A stretch of 61,768 nt of DNA, the filler included, from Choristocarpus tenellus KU-1152 (Eukaryota; Protista; Phaeophyceae): the NCBI GenBank assembly GCA_964200185.2. It is 13 parts of 13 records of this genome, joined end to end, with 100 filler letters (N's around TTAATTAATTAA, not from the genome) between each part and the next. Parts side by side here need not be neighbours in the genome. Positions count along the whole stretch, not along the records: positions 13,344 to 16,105 come from CAXNAD020024971.1; positions 16,206 to 25,560 come from CAXNAD020003753.1; 11 more parts are not named here. One strand, 5' to 3'. Positions 13,563-24,700 of this stretch are shown here, in pieces. The notes under the pieces are model-generated. The model had not been told where the DNA came from and searched no databases. It worked only from the letters and a program-made list of their open reading frames with translations. Both the position numbers and the translations under genes were made by a program. The number at the start of each line of letters is the position of its first letter. Position 1 is the first letter of the stretch.

Positions 13563-16067
13563 CTATCTACGAACAGGTTCCAGTTCCTGTCCTCCTATCG
13601 GGGCTTCAACTGGGGCAGACAAAGGGTCGGACATGCTTGCAAATATAGCACGAGCGTTAGCCTCGCTACCTAAAGCAGAGGGTGTCTTATCTTTGTAAGA
13701 CGCAGATTTTGTAGCATTTTGATTGGTTGGAGCAAATGCATACTGGCCGCTACGATTGGACGATTCTTGGATAAGATCGTCTAATATCCGTTCTGCCTTC
13801 ATTCCCGCTGAACCATTTCATCTTTTAAAGGATTATTCTGGGAAATTGCCAGTGGGCGTATTTAACTCCGAACCTCCTTTCGAAAGTGAGAGTTTATGAA
13901 GTAAACTGAGTTTTGTGGGCGGAAGAATTCTGGTTGGTTGGGGGCACAGGACAAGAATGTGGGGAAAAAAGAAAAGAAATAAGTAGGAAGGGAAGGAAGA
14001 GTTAAGGAAGGGACGAGATGGTTGATGGAAATGAGTGGTAGGTAAAAGGAAGGACAACAAGCCGGTTAGTTGGAAAGGGAAAGAACACCAGGGGCATCAG
14101 ACGAGGAGGGGAAACCAAGGCAACCTCCGAGCAAGCTTCTCGCCGGAGTGGATCAAGACATAACCCGAACAATCTTTCCGAAAGCTGGAAGGGAAAAAGG
14201 TCCGAGGGGAGGGGCGGGGATGCTTGAGAAGCGGATACGGAAATGGTAAGAAAAGGTCGACAAGGTAAGGGGGCTGATGAATGAGACGATGAATAACAGT
14301 GTGGATAGGTGTAGGGTAGGTAGGGAACACGGGTAGTGAAGTAGGTAGATTCAGACATAATACAAGGGGTATCGGCAAAAATCCATAGGACAAGGAAAGT
14401 ACGAAAGATGGACCACGACGTAATGGTGGAGTGAAACAAGGGAAATGGTTGAGGGCCCTACCAGAGCTACAAGTCCAAGAGAGTGACGGAAAGTAGGAGT
14501 AGAGTGTGCCGGTTATGCCACAAACATGGTTAGCCCATGTAGACAATGATAAAAAGGGGAAAGTTAACGGTTCGGGGGCGGAGTAGTGTACCTGCGCTAA
14601 TCTCGTGGATTAAGTGCATATTTAGATATCGCTCGAATGATAGGGCTGGGACTGATGCTAGGTCTATATCGATCGGTGGGATCGCGTGGATTTGTTTTCC
14701 GCTGCTTGCATCGTTCAACCTAACCCAATAGAGAAAAAGAAAATCAATTGCGCGGGCTCACTGGAGGATGAGGTACAGGGGCCCATTTCGTTTAAGGATA
14801 ACGCCTAGAAATTAAGAGGTTAGTGATGGACGTTTACTAAGCACAGGCTCCATGTGAATCAGTGGTTATGTCATTATGAGTAGCCATAGAATTTATGGGT
14901 TATAGCTACAAACTGGGTAATAACGTGGCATAGAAAACAAACAAATAAGAAAACCTACATAGGATTCCAGAGCACCGAATGAGGCCACAGCGTAGGTGGG
15001 GATTCTAGGTTGAGTCGCAGCTACGAGATTAAGTACAGATAATGGCAGAGTCCTGGATGGACAGGCAGTAGGTGGGAATTTAGGTGGGGTGAACGTCTTG
15101 AAAGTAAGAATTGGGGATTGGCAGTAGATGTATGTTAAAATAAATATATATATATATATATACGAGATGCAATAGCTGGAAGAAAAATGGACTGGACGAG
15201 AACATAACTGAAATATGCGAATAAAGAAGGGCACACTAATATAAACAGGGGGGTAGGGAAATGAATAACTATACCTCCTACAACACCCTGTGTACAAATA
15301 TGGGATAATGGTGTGAATAAGAGGCTACTGTTAAAGATGGGAGGTTACACCTAAGAAAGAAACAGGGGGGGTATGGCCATTAAAGGAAGCTTTGTAGGCA
15401 TTTTTCTTTCCTTTACAATTAGGAACAAGTCGCCACAGCGAAAGAAAGTGAGAAACAAAAGGAGAGTGCCCAACAGTAGGATAATCACTGCAAGTCAATA
15501 AAAAGGCCGGGAGGGGGGAGGGGGGGGGAGATTCGGGTCACAGTAGTGGGGTGAACTAAACACAATGGTATGGCATGAATGTCTACACAATTTGAGGGGC
15601 ACAAGGAGTTGGAATGGAGGTGCTCTGATTGAAAGGAACATATAGGAATAATATGCTACAATCCACTCAAAATAAATAAATAATAATAATTAAAAAATAT
15701 ATACGTGTAATTATTGACATAGAAGTGTCTAGGGAGATGTAATTTGTTTAGGTGAGCCCTGAACCATCCAAAAAAAATAAACAAATACACACTGTGCTAA
15801 TCCTAAATACATAATGTAACTATGAAGAGCTCACACCCAAGTCAACTCCCAAGCAGCTACGATGAAGCCAGGACAATAATGCACAATAACACGTTGTAGT
15901 CCTTACGGAACGCATCCAGACTAGTCCCTACCAGATTACGCAAGGCAATAAGGAGGAGGGCGCATGAACAATGTGTGAGCAATGGATTGATCCCTGACGA
16001 GGGGCCGGAAGGTGGACATGAGTATACAGGTGTAACACGACGTTGGAGGGAGAGGATTTCCAATAAC
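13563..16067 (-). CDS. Tentative multi-exon gene of unknown function (3' part; 5' end lost at gap)
   Basis: Hand-built phase-compatible GT-AG chain 16067-15907, 15020-14955, 14804-14762, 14719-14592, 14466-14403, 14184-14125, 13929-13874 and 13807-13563, with pyrimidine-rich introns. Several donors are weak and one intron is only 42 nt. No domain recognised. Confidence 0.4.
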
Positions 16068-16229
16068 CTTTCAAGGTAAGAGGAGTTCAAGAACATTCGG
16101 GGGGGNNNNNNNNNNNNNNNNNNNNNNNNNNNNNNNNNNNNNNNNNNNNTTAATTAATTAANNNNNNNNNNNNNNNNNNNNNNNNNNNNNNNNNNNNNNN
16201 NNNNNTATGGACGCAGAGCAATTGATACC

Positions 16230-16407
16230 ACCCCCCAAGTATCTGGGGGCACGGGGGCGGTCTACACCAGGGTGTCCATTTGGGCCAAAACCAGGAAACG
16301 TGCACTTATATTTTCCATCCGACGTCTGTATCCAAATCACACAAAAGTTGGGACAAAAAATTGACCACAAATGGACAGCCGCCACCCCCTCCCAGATACT
16401 TTGAGCC
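16230..16407. mobile_element. MITE family 1 copy
   Basis: CCAAGTATCTGGGGG...CCCAGATACTTTGAGCC. Interior is the reverse complement of 1776-1954. ACC on both flanks. Confidence 0.85.
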
Positions 16408-16439
16408 ACCAATGGATTCAAGTGCAAGCCCAATTAATT

Positions 16440-17940
16440 TGGGAAGTCAGTGACATACAAGACGTGTCTGGTAAGCAAAAGTCTTTCGTCAGATTGAGGG
16501 GTTTAGATTATCACCATCGCCTGTGTCTTTAAGAATGGTTTTGGCACTAGGTGTAGGCAACATTCGGGAGTTAATGCCTTGGGATGTAAAGCTATTTTTT
16601 TCAAACAGGGGGAGATTAAAGATGAACTATTGATTCGTTTTTTTGATGGATGTGGTCTGTGGTTGGGGAGGATTGTACATTTACTGAAAGCGCTGCACAA
16701 AACCAAGAAGGCTATCAGGGAGTTTCATATCTTGTCGGTACATGCTCTGGAATAGTGTGGTTTCGAGCAGTGCAGAGCAGATCCCTATGTATTACACAAT
16801 GCGAAAAATTACGTAGTTAGTGCAGTAGCCTGACCCAAAGCAGTTAAAAGGATAAAAGGTTTGCACTGTTTGTCCGTTCGGGACTTGGACTCCCACGGAT
16901 TTTTTATGCCCTTTTTGGGTTTTCTGTGTGGACATTTCGGATTTCGGAGTAGGTAAAATATGTGGGACTATGAAAGATGTGTTTCGAGGAAGGATGTTGG
17001 CGCTTGCTAACAAGCACGATAGCCAAAATTAATCGAAATGACAGCATTGAATTTGTGACCCTGACGGGACGCCCTCTACCCTATCATAGGCTTTGGCTCA
17101 CCCCCCACGTTGATAACCTTATGGTCGCAGGATTGCAGGTGTTTAGGTTTGAGGAGCAGTTCTTATGGAGGATTTTGGTGATCGCAAGGACTATATGGAT
17201 TGTGATGTTTTATGTCACAGAATTGCAAGGATAGCTAGCATCAGTCAGAACAGTTACATTAAGAGCCTTCGTCAAAGATTTGTTACGAATGGGGCAAAGA
17301 ACAGGGCAGTATCCTGTGACCTCTCGAGGAATTTTGTACAAGAAAGAGGATCACCCACATGCCGGTGATGATGTTCCGTACAGGGTGGCTATAGGTTGTT
17401 TGATGTGGGCAGCAGCTGTGATGACGAGTACAGATATTGCTAATGCAGTTCGCAAGGGAGCAAAGTACATTAGCCATCCAGAGGCTGTACAGTGGTATGC
17501 AGTTAAGCATTTTTTCATACTTGAAAAGCATGTCTTGATACTCAGTGTGAGTTGAGTGCGTATGCAGATACTAGTTGTGGTGGGGACTACAATGATCGTA
17601 GATCAGTAACTGGAGGAGCCATAGTGTTTGCTGGAGGAGTAGTATCTTCATACCAAAAGGCTGTACCTCTGTCTTCAACAGAGAGCGAGCACATTGTCCT
17701 TAGCTGTGCAGTACAGGAGTTTTTTTCTTACGAAGCGTTTTGGAGTTTGTAGGCGTTGCATTGACTTGTTTGAGGGCAACGATGGTGATGCAAACACTAG
17801 TACACAATACCACTGGGGCTTCACTAGAACAAAGCACATTGATATCCAACACCATTTCTTGAGAGACTTAGCCAGAACAAACGAGATTTGCATTGTTTTC
17901 TTTAGGAACATGAGGGTAGATATGTTGACAAAGCATTAGG
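16440..17940 (+). mobile_element. Ty1/copia pol remnant (reverse transcriptase-RNase H), degenerate
   Basis: Frameshifted motifs YKTCLVSK, HVDNL (cf. YVDD), PYRVAIGCLMW, AYADTSCGGDYNDRRSVTG, LSSTESE, RTKHIDIQHHFLRD and DMLTK. Confidence 0.9.
16832..17099. mobile_element. MITE related to family 2, inserted in the copia RT
   Basis: Termini GACCCAAAGC / GCTTTGGCTC. Interior shares GTTTGTCCGTT..GG..CCCACG and GTAGGTAAAAT with family 2. Sits just before the HVDNL motif. Confidence 0.65.
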
Positions 17941-18126
17941 TTTTAGAAGTCTTGTGTCAATATGTGCTATCTTCGATTGACATGTAGTATTTCATGAGTG
18001 TGTGTGTGTATCTATTAGAAGAGTGTTTGCGCAAAATGAAATTCACTATCGGAAAGTTTTATCTCTCCATTTTCTGTTCTTGGTGTTTTTCATTACCAAA
18101 TCTAACGAAACTTATCATTTCTAGTT

Positions 18127-18197
18127 TGAAACTATGGTGAAACTATGGTGAAACTATGGTGAAACTATGGTGAAACTATGGTGAAACTATGGTGAAA
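18127..18197 (+). repeat. Perfect 11-bp tandem repeat (TGAAACTATGG)x6
   Basis: Directly visible, about 100 bp inside the left inverted repeat at 18027. Confidence 0.95.
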
Positions 18198-18263
18198 AGC
18201 ATTATGACCTCGTGAAGATCCTCAGGGCAACACTCAAAGGTTTGATGATCTCATATAGTGGTA

Positions 18264-19817
18264 CCAGTAGCTTCGCCCTCTGGGGTTGTCCCGTCATAAC
18301 TTTGATGTAGACATCGGATTAAAAACATAAAAGCATTTTCGTGATACCCGTCACAAGGCCCTCCAGAGTATGGGCTTCGTTTTTTTCTCCACTTTTTTCT
18401 TTTTTTGAAGAAAGAGTGCTCATATTGGGGTTCGAACCCAGGATTGTAGGTCACCAAGAGTGGCAACAGATGCACTATTACTTGATTAAAGTACAGGGTT
18501 TAGGCGGGAAAAAAGCCTCCCCACCCTTTCTTTCTGTGTTGGTTTCTCGATCGAATGCAGGCTGGGAGAAAGCCTTGATCAACTTTATACGTCCAACCCT
18601 AAGTCCAGGAACAAGAGTAAATGTACGGCATCTTGCAAGAAGTGGGAGACACCAATCATCGGTGTGCAAATTGTCTCAATCTCGCCTCATCTTCTTCCCT
18701 GGTGCCCCCACGTCGATGGCTACCTCTACCTGCTTCGCCACCTCTTCTAAGTAAAGGATTTGGTGGTATCGAAAAGTCTCCACGGCTGCCTTTGTTACGA
18801 TCGCTTTCTCCTCCACCTTGCGAGCACTTTCAACCTTCTTTCGGGCTTCAGAGCCCTTGTAGCCCAACCCTAACTCCTTCTTTCTCGTTTCCTTAAGCAA
18901 CTCCGGCTTGCACAGCTTCCAAACAGCCAGGTCCTGCTGCAACTGTGGACTGCTAGGATTTCTATAACTGGGTTTTCGCTTAGGCGTTTCCTGAGCGCAA
19001 CGGCACGCAGTTGCACTGCTCTCTTCCCCGACCTTCCCTTCGGGCGGCCACTATGTTTCCTTCGCCCGCCGTGACCAGGCTTCCGCACAGACTTCGTCAC
19101 TGTACCACCCCTGGTGATTACCTCGCCGCTCTCTTCCTGTTGTCCGAGACTGCAGAACAGTTCTCCGAAGTGGTTGAAGACCCAACCACGTTTGTGTGGT
19201 AATGCTTTCAATGCATCTTCTCTCAGCGTCAGTGTTGCAACCGCGTTGTCCATTCCGCGAGTTGATGATGCTGCTGCGCCCTTTATCGTCACTTAAAATA
19301 GCACTGAGTGTCACATGGTACTTGCTTTTCCTAGGCCTCTCAAAAGAGAAGGTGCCGAGGGTAGATCCAGGGGGCAGAGTGGCCTCGGCGGCTCTCCTTG
19401 TCTCACCGATGTGGTTCATGTTGCTGTGTAAGTCATGTGTGTGTGTCCTCACAGAAAGTTCCCAAAAGACGTTTAAAAGATGTCCAGAAATCTCCAATTG
19501 TTTTTCGGGAACATCTCACCAGCCAAACTTGGGCAGTGACGTACGCCAGACCAGTTTTCTACAAGAAGTTCAGCCAACCACTTCATTTTTCCAAGTTTTG
19601 AAGTCATGACCTCCAAAATTGCGTCGGAGATATTCTCCCACGTTTTTTCCATTATTTGGTCGGAACATAGCTCCCGTTCCCCAAAGTTTATATAAAATCC
19701 TCTACAACCTTCAAAAGGTCTTGTCATACCCTTTCATTTGATATATATATTGTTGTATATCTGTTGTGATGTTCTGGTTAAAAAATTCAAGATAGCCACA
19801 GAGGGCGAAGCTACTGG
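18264..19817 (-). mobile_element. Inner TIR element (1554 bp) carrying a frameshifted ORF
   Basis: 27-bp TIRs CCAGTAGCTTCGCCCTCTG(G/T)GG(T/C)T(G/A)TC, 24/27 identical, with TA on both flanks. Overlapping minus-strand ORF fragments run 19727 to ~18480. No DDE motif recognised. Confidence 0.7.
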
Positions 19818-20802
19818 TACGTACCACCTTAGAGGAATTATCCAATCGAAGCGACGAATTCACATTTGTTTTAGCCAACCAAAATGCTACAAAAGCTGCA
19901 ATGTACAAGGACAAGACTCGCAATGGTTTGAGTACCATGGGAGGATGCGCGTTATGTTTGCTAGCATGTCACACTCTTTCGCTGGCTAAGCCGAAGTCCC
20001 GATCGTTAGGCAGGAACTAGGACTACCTCTCCAAAACAGGACGTCCATGCACGATGAGGTATCAAGTAAAACTTCACGGCCATACCGAGAGGTTGTCAAC
20101 AGTGTACTGGGAACCCTCGCACCAATGCTTCGACCTGATTTAACCCAGAACTCCTCGCCCGCTGTCTGTGCTGCCGTAAACAAACAACCTGCTTCGGTTC
20201 CTGCGAATACGGACCTCGTTCATTCCAAAAAGCAATGCATCAAAACCCGTTCGACCAGTCACATCCATTCCCCAGCCTGTGCGTCGATCCCCACTTGCTT
20301 TAGCCACAGACAGGGCGAGCAATAGAAGTCGACACCATTAGGACAAAGACCTACCTCCATCGCTCAATCCACTGAGGAATGTCCAGGGAAGAGTCGAAAT
20401 AGACGGAAGCTAACACGGGCTACGGCAGATTGCTCTTTCGTCACAACAGACCCACTAACTCTGTTGTTGAAGATAGTTTGAATTTGCTCGTTATATTCGT
20501 GTGACGTTTCTTGTTCTTTATTTTTTCTTTTTGATAATGAATTTCATTTTGCGCAATCTGATTTTCGTAGCGGATTTTTTTATCGCTGTTTTACAAATTT
20601 GGATGATGTAATTTATTTTGGACAAACACGCTATTCAAAATTTTGCATGTTTTACGTTTCATGCTTTTCAGTAAGGGAAGAGTTTCGCAGTAAATTATGG
20701 TCTGTTTGAATTGTGTGTGCTGGTACAAGCATATAATACAGTGTGACAATTTCATTTACATTTTGGGGAACCTCCTGTTGAAACCGTGTGAGGCTCATAA
20801 CC

Positions 20803-21549
20803 TGTTGAAACCTGAATCGAATGCATTGTACATGTAAGCGTAATGCGTAGACTACGAGTGAAGAGGAATCATTGTGTTGTAAAGCACCGATGAGTCAAAT
20901 ACGTAGTTTGTGGTATGAGTAGATGTGGTTGTGCTGCAAAGCACAGATGAATAAAATCTGTTGCAACTGAAGTCACTGATCTCTCAGTCAAGAATGGTGT
21001 TATGTAAATTCAGTGTTATTTCATGAGATACTCAACGAAAGAAGTCCATGCTCTGTGGAGAGGCTTGTTACCTTGGTTGCAAGGGTTTCCAGAGATGGTT
21101 TTAACACTCTATGTATTACATCCAAGTGTGCGTCAGGGGCACTGTTGCAGAGCGAGCTTGATGCGCTCAGAGGGGGCAATGACAACCAATGAAAAAATAA
21201 TAACCAACAATTAACTTGCATCTGGGGTCTTCTACTGACAAAAAAAGAACAGAGATGACAGACAACAAAGAGAAAAAAAGCAGAAGGTAACAGTGGAATG
21301 CGCTTGAAATAAGTTGCGAAGTAACTTGAATGACGCGTGTTATGATGTTCCTGTGTGTGATGTGTATATAAACTGAATATCAACTGATGCTATACTTCTA
21401 TCTACTGTCATCGATGTGATGATGAGTTGGGATGCGCAATAAATAAATGGACAATAAGAACCAGTGCAGTGCACCAATCAACAGTCAGTACAAGCTGGCA
21501 GTTTTGTATCATATCGAGAAGAAACAAATGAGTAGCCTATGTTTTAACA
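20803..21549 (+). repeat. LTR (747 bp), upstream copy
   Basis: TGTTGAAAC...GTTTTAACA termini. Diverged direct repeat of 21840-22584. Confidence 0.85.
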
Positions 21550-21839
21550 CCCCCACCACAATACCTTCTTCACTTTTTCGCACGCATTCTTTAAACTTAA
21601 ACCTCTCCCTAGCCCTAACTCGTGTATGAAAAATATCCCTAACCAATCAAGGAACATTCTAGAACAAGCGGTGGAGGAATATAGTGTGCACTGGGGAACC
21701 ACAACTTCTTAAGGATCCACCACCATTACTTTTTCACACTCGTTTTTCAAGAATCTACCCCTAACCCTAACCTGTGTGTGAAAAATAACCCTAAGCTTCG
21801 TTTGAAGAAGTGAAAATATTTTGACAGCGGGGGTTCTCT

Positions 21840-24700
21840 TGTTGAAACCTGAATCGAGTGCATCGTACATGTAAGCAAAATGCGTAGACTACAGGCGATG
21901 AGGAATCATGGTGTTGCAAAGCACCGATAAGTGATACGCATAGTCTACGTTATGGATAGGTGTGATTGTGCTGCAAAGCACTGATATATTTATTCTGTCG
22001 CAACGGAGGTCATTGATCTCTCAGTCAAGAATTATGCGATGTGAATTCAGTATTCTTGGTTGCTCAATCCAGAATGATGTGNNNNNNNNNNCATCGAAAG
22101 AAGTTCATGCTCTCTGGAGAGGCTTGTTGCCTTGGCTGACAAGGGTTTCCACGGATGGTTTTAACTCTGATTATATTACATCCATGTGTGTGTTTGGTAG
22201 ACAGTTTGCAGAGTGAGTTTGGTGCAATTTGAGGGATCAATAGCAGTCACGAAAGAAATAATAATCAACTATCAACGTACAACTGTCATCTTCTGCTGAT
22301 AAGAAGAAGAAAGAGTGAAAGAAAAACAAACAAGAGAACAAGAGAACACAATTGAACCAATATGTGATGCAACTCAAGTGACGTATACTATACTATACTA
22401 TTTGTGTGGAACGCAGAGCGACTGTTCTGTACGAAGGTGTTCTGATTGTAGTTGATGTGGTATTGATGATGACGAACTAGTGAAAGTAACGTCCTGAACC
22501 TAACAGATCAATCAACAGTAAGTGTTGACTGGTGGAACTGTAACGTATCAAGGAACAAACAGATGAGTAGCCTATGTTTTGATAGATAGAGCTAGAAGGA
22601 ATCCACAGAGGACACGTGGAGGACGAGATCTCCGTGCAGCTCATTACTTTGGAGGCGAGACTCCGAGAACTCTGGTGTGCAGCGTCTCAGGACAGCACCG
22701 ATTTTGTCGTTAAACTCGAGCAGCTCAAGGAAGCCTAAATTTGAAAATATAAAAAGGGGCATCTATACTGCTTGAGATCAGGGAAGCCATGCCACATATG
22801 TGTTCGTGCAATTAATAACGCGCCCTAACATCGGATATGAGGAGGTCAAACGGGCAATAATCTCTTCGACAACTTACCTTTACTAAGAACAAGATGGCCA
22901 CGATGGGGTATTGGTAATACACGGCAAAGAAGGAACAACCATGATCGGAAGACCAGGGGATCAGCTGGAAGCGGCCCCAAACAAAACCAATCTGTATAAC
23001 GCTTGAAGATGAACCATCAATGGCAGATATGCTACTCACAGTTGAATGGAAAGCCACCTGCAACACGTTCGACTGGGATGGCGCCTTTGAGAACAGTTGC
23101 AACAGAGTCAACGGGAACCAAGCGCGCGCTCCTTCTCCACTTTGAAGGTGACAGCAGACGAGGAGGTTAACAAAAGTGTAGTGCTCAACTCCTCCAGTGG
23201 AAGATATGTCGAAATATTGCGTGACTCCGGAGGAAACGTACATATCTTACACCTGATAGTGAAGATCTCGTAAGCACTTGGGGCACCAAACGGACATGCA
23301 CCTTCGGTAACAATGGGAAATTGGATGCGAAGGAAACTGGGGATATGGTTCTAAACGGTGAGGAACAAAGAAGGGCAAGCCAACAAGAGTGGTTCTGAAG
23401 GATGTTCTATAATGGCACATCTACCATACCACATATTGAGTATGGAACCATACGACGCGGAATGGAGGAGAATTTATGGATTCAGGAACAAAAGAAAGTT
23501 ACCTGAAGACCTCCAAGAATTCGCCCAACATAAACCTTGAAAAGTCTGCAGGGTTGTAAATTCAACAGGAACCACAATCAACGAGGAACCAGAATCGAGA
23601 GCCAGCGCAGCAAGAGCCAATCAAAAGCAGAAGCTGACATTGAAGGACTGACGTAACATATTTGATCACATCAACCCATTGGCTATCAAGCACCTCGAGA
23701 AGCGTGGACTGTTTGAGATCACCGACGCAACTGTGGCCTCAGAACTACGATGCGAGACATGCAAGGAATGCAAAATCAGAAGCTCTAAGCTATCAACGAG
23801 GTGGCAGGATCTCCAAGCAGCCTGGCAAGGTTGTCCACACGGATTGGCGGGACCTTTTCGACCAGACATCACTGGTCACAAATATTTTCAGGTGTTTGTC
23901 GATGAGAGCAGCCGAGACAAAAGAGAGCTTACGGATTGATAGCCAAAAACACAGCGGCGGATGCAACCGCTGCCTATCTCGACCAGATGGTCAGGGAAGG
24001 TACACCAGTCTAATGCATCATTGGGTATGGTGCTGGCGAGCTTGGGAGATCGGTAAAGTTTCAAAGAGGATGCTGGCGAACAACGGTACCAGATGGAGGA
24101 AATCTTCACCGACAATATCACAGAGCAACGGGATCGCGGAAAGGGCGATAAAGGAGTCAAATGGTAAAGGATAGGCTGGGCGACGAGTACTGGTTCTATA
24201 CCATCACGGACGTCGCCTTCAAGACTAGAGGCATGCCATATGAATACCTGGCAGGAGAGACACCATGCGAGCATCTAAAGGGACATTCCTTCAATATTGA
24301 TAGTCAAAGTATCTTAGAGAGTTAGAGCCGCGTCCTTTTGGAGTCCAAAATTCAATGTTGCGATTTTGATATAATTTGGCATCGTGTTTATTAAGGAAGT
24401 GTCAATATGCTTCTTCGGGCACACCTTTTCATAACGTACACACATTTTACCTACTCCGAAACATTTAGGAGTAGGTAAAATATCATTAAAAAAAACGTGG
24501 GAAGCCAAGACCCAAACGGACAAACAGGGCTAAAATCGTACCCTCTAAGATGCTTTCACTCATAGGCTTCGGGCCTGAGGGAGCGAGTGCTATATTCACC
24601 AAGACAAGCAGCAGCGGGGAGCCGGTTCAAAGTTTCACCCATATGCCAAGCGGGGTATCATCATGGGACACGATCTTAAATCACTGTGTTGGTACATCTG
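21840..24700 (+). mobile_element. Ty1/copia element: 5' LTR (21840-22584) plus decayed gag-protease-integrase
   Basis: DSGGNVHI (protease), DHINPLAIKHL..CETCKECK (pre-integrase zinc region), VVHTD/LAGPF..YFQVFVDE and QSNGIAERAIK (integrase core), and CYIHQDKQQR..KFHPYAKRGIIMGHD (post-integrase region, after a MITE). Many stops and frameshifts. Confidence 0.88.
24301..24561. mobile_element. MITE family 2 (~260 bp), inserted in the copia element
   Basis: TAGTCAAAGTATCTTAGAG / CCCTCTAAGATGCTTTCACTC. Interior is the reverse complement of 61430-61693. Confidence 0.85.

Larger units (their letters stand above)
18027..20557. mobile_element. Putative outer TIR element (~2.5 kb including nested insert)
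   Basis: TTGCGCAAAATGAAATTCACTATCGGAAAG at ~18027 is the near-perfect reverse complement of CTTTTTGATAATGAATTTCATTTTGCGCAA ending at ~20557. No TSD resolved. Confidence 0.5.

Noticed and set aside
18127-18197. Short repeat array as a possible CRISPR
   Set aside because: Head-to-tail 11-mers with no spacers, no cas genes, and a eukaryotic context.
19738-19989. ORF resembling a CRESS-virus or HUH Rep (IATEGEATGTYHLRGII...GQDSQWFEY)
   Set aside because: The EGEATG part is encoded by the right TIR of the 18264-19817 element and is mirrored at 18264. The motif spans an insertion junction, and motif I, YxxK, a helicase and a TATTAC origin are all absent.
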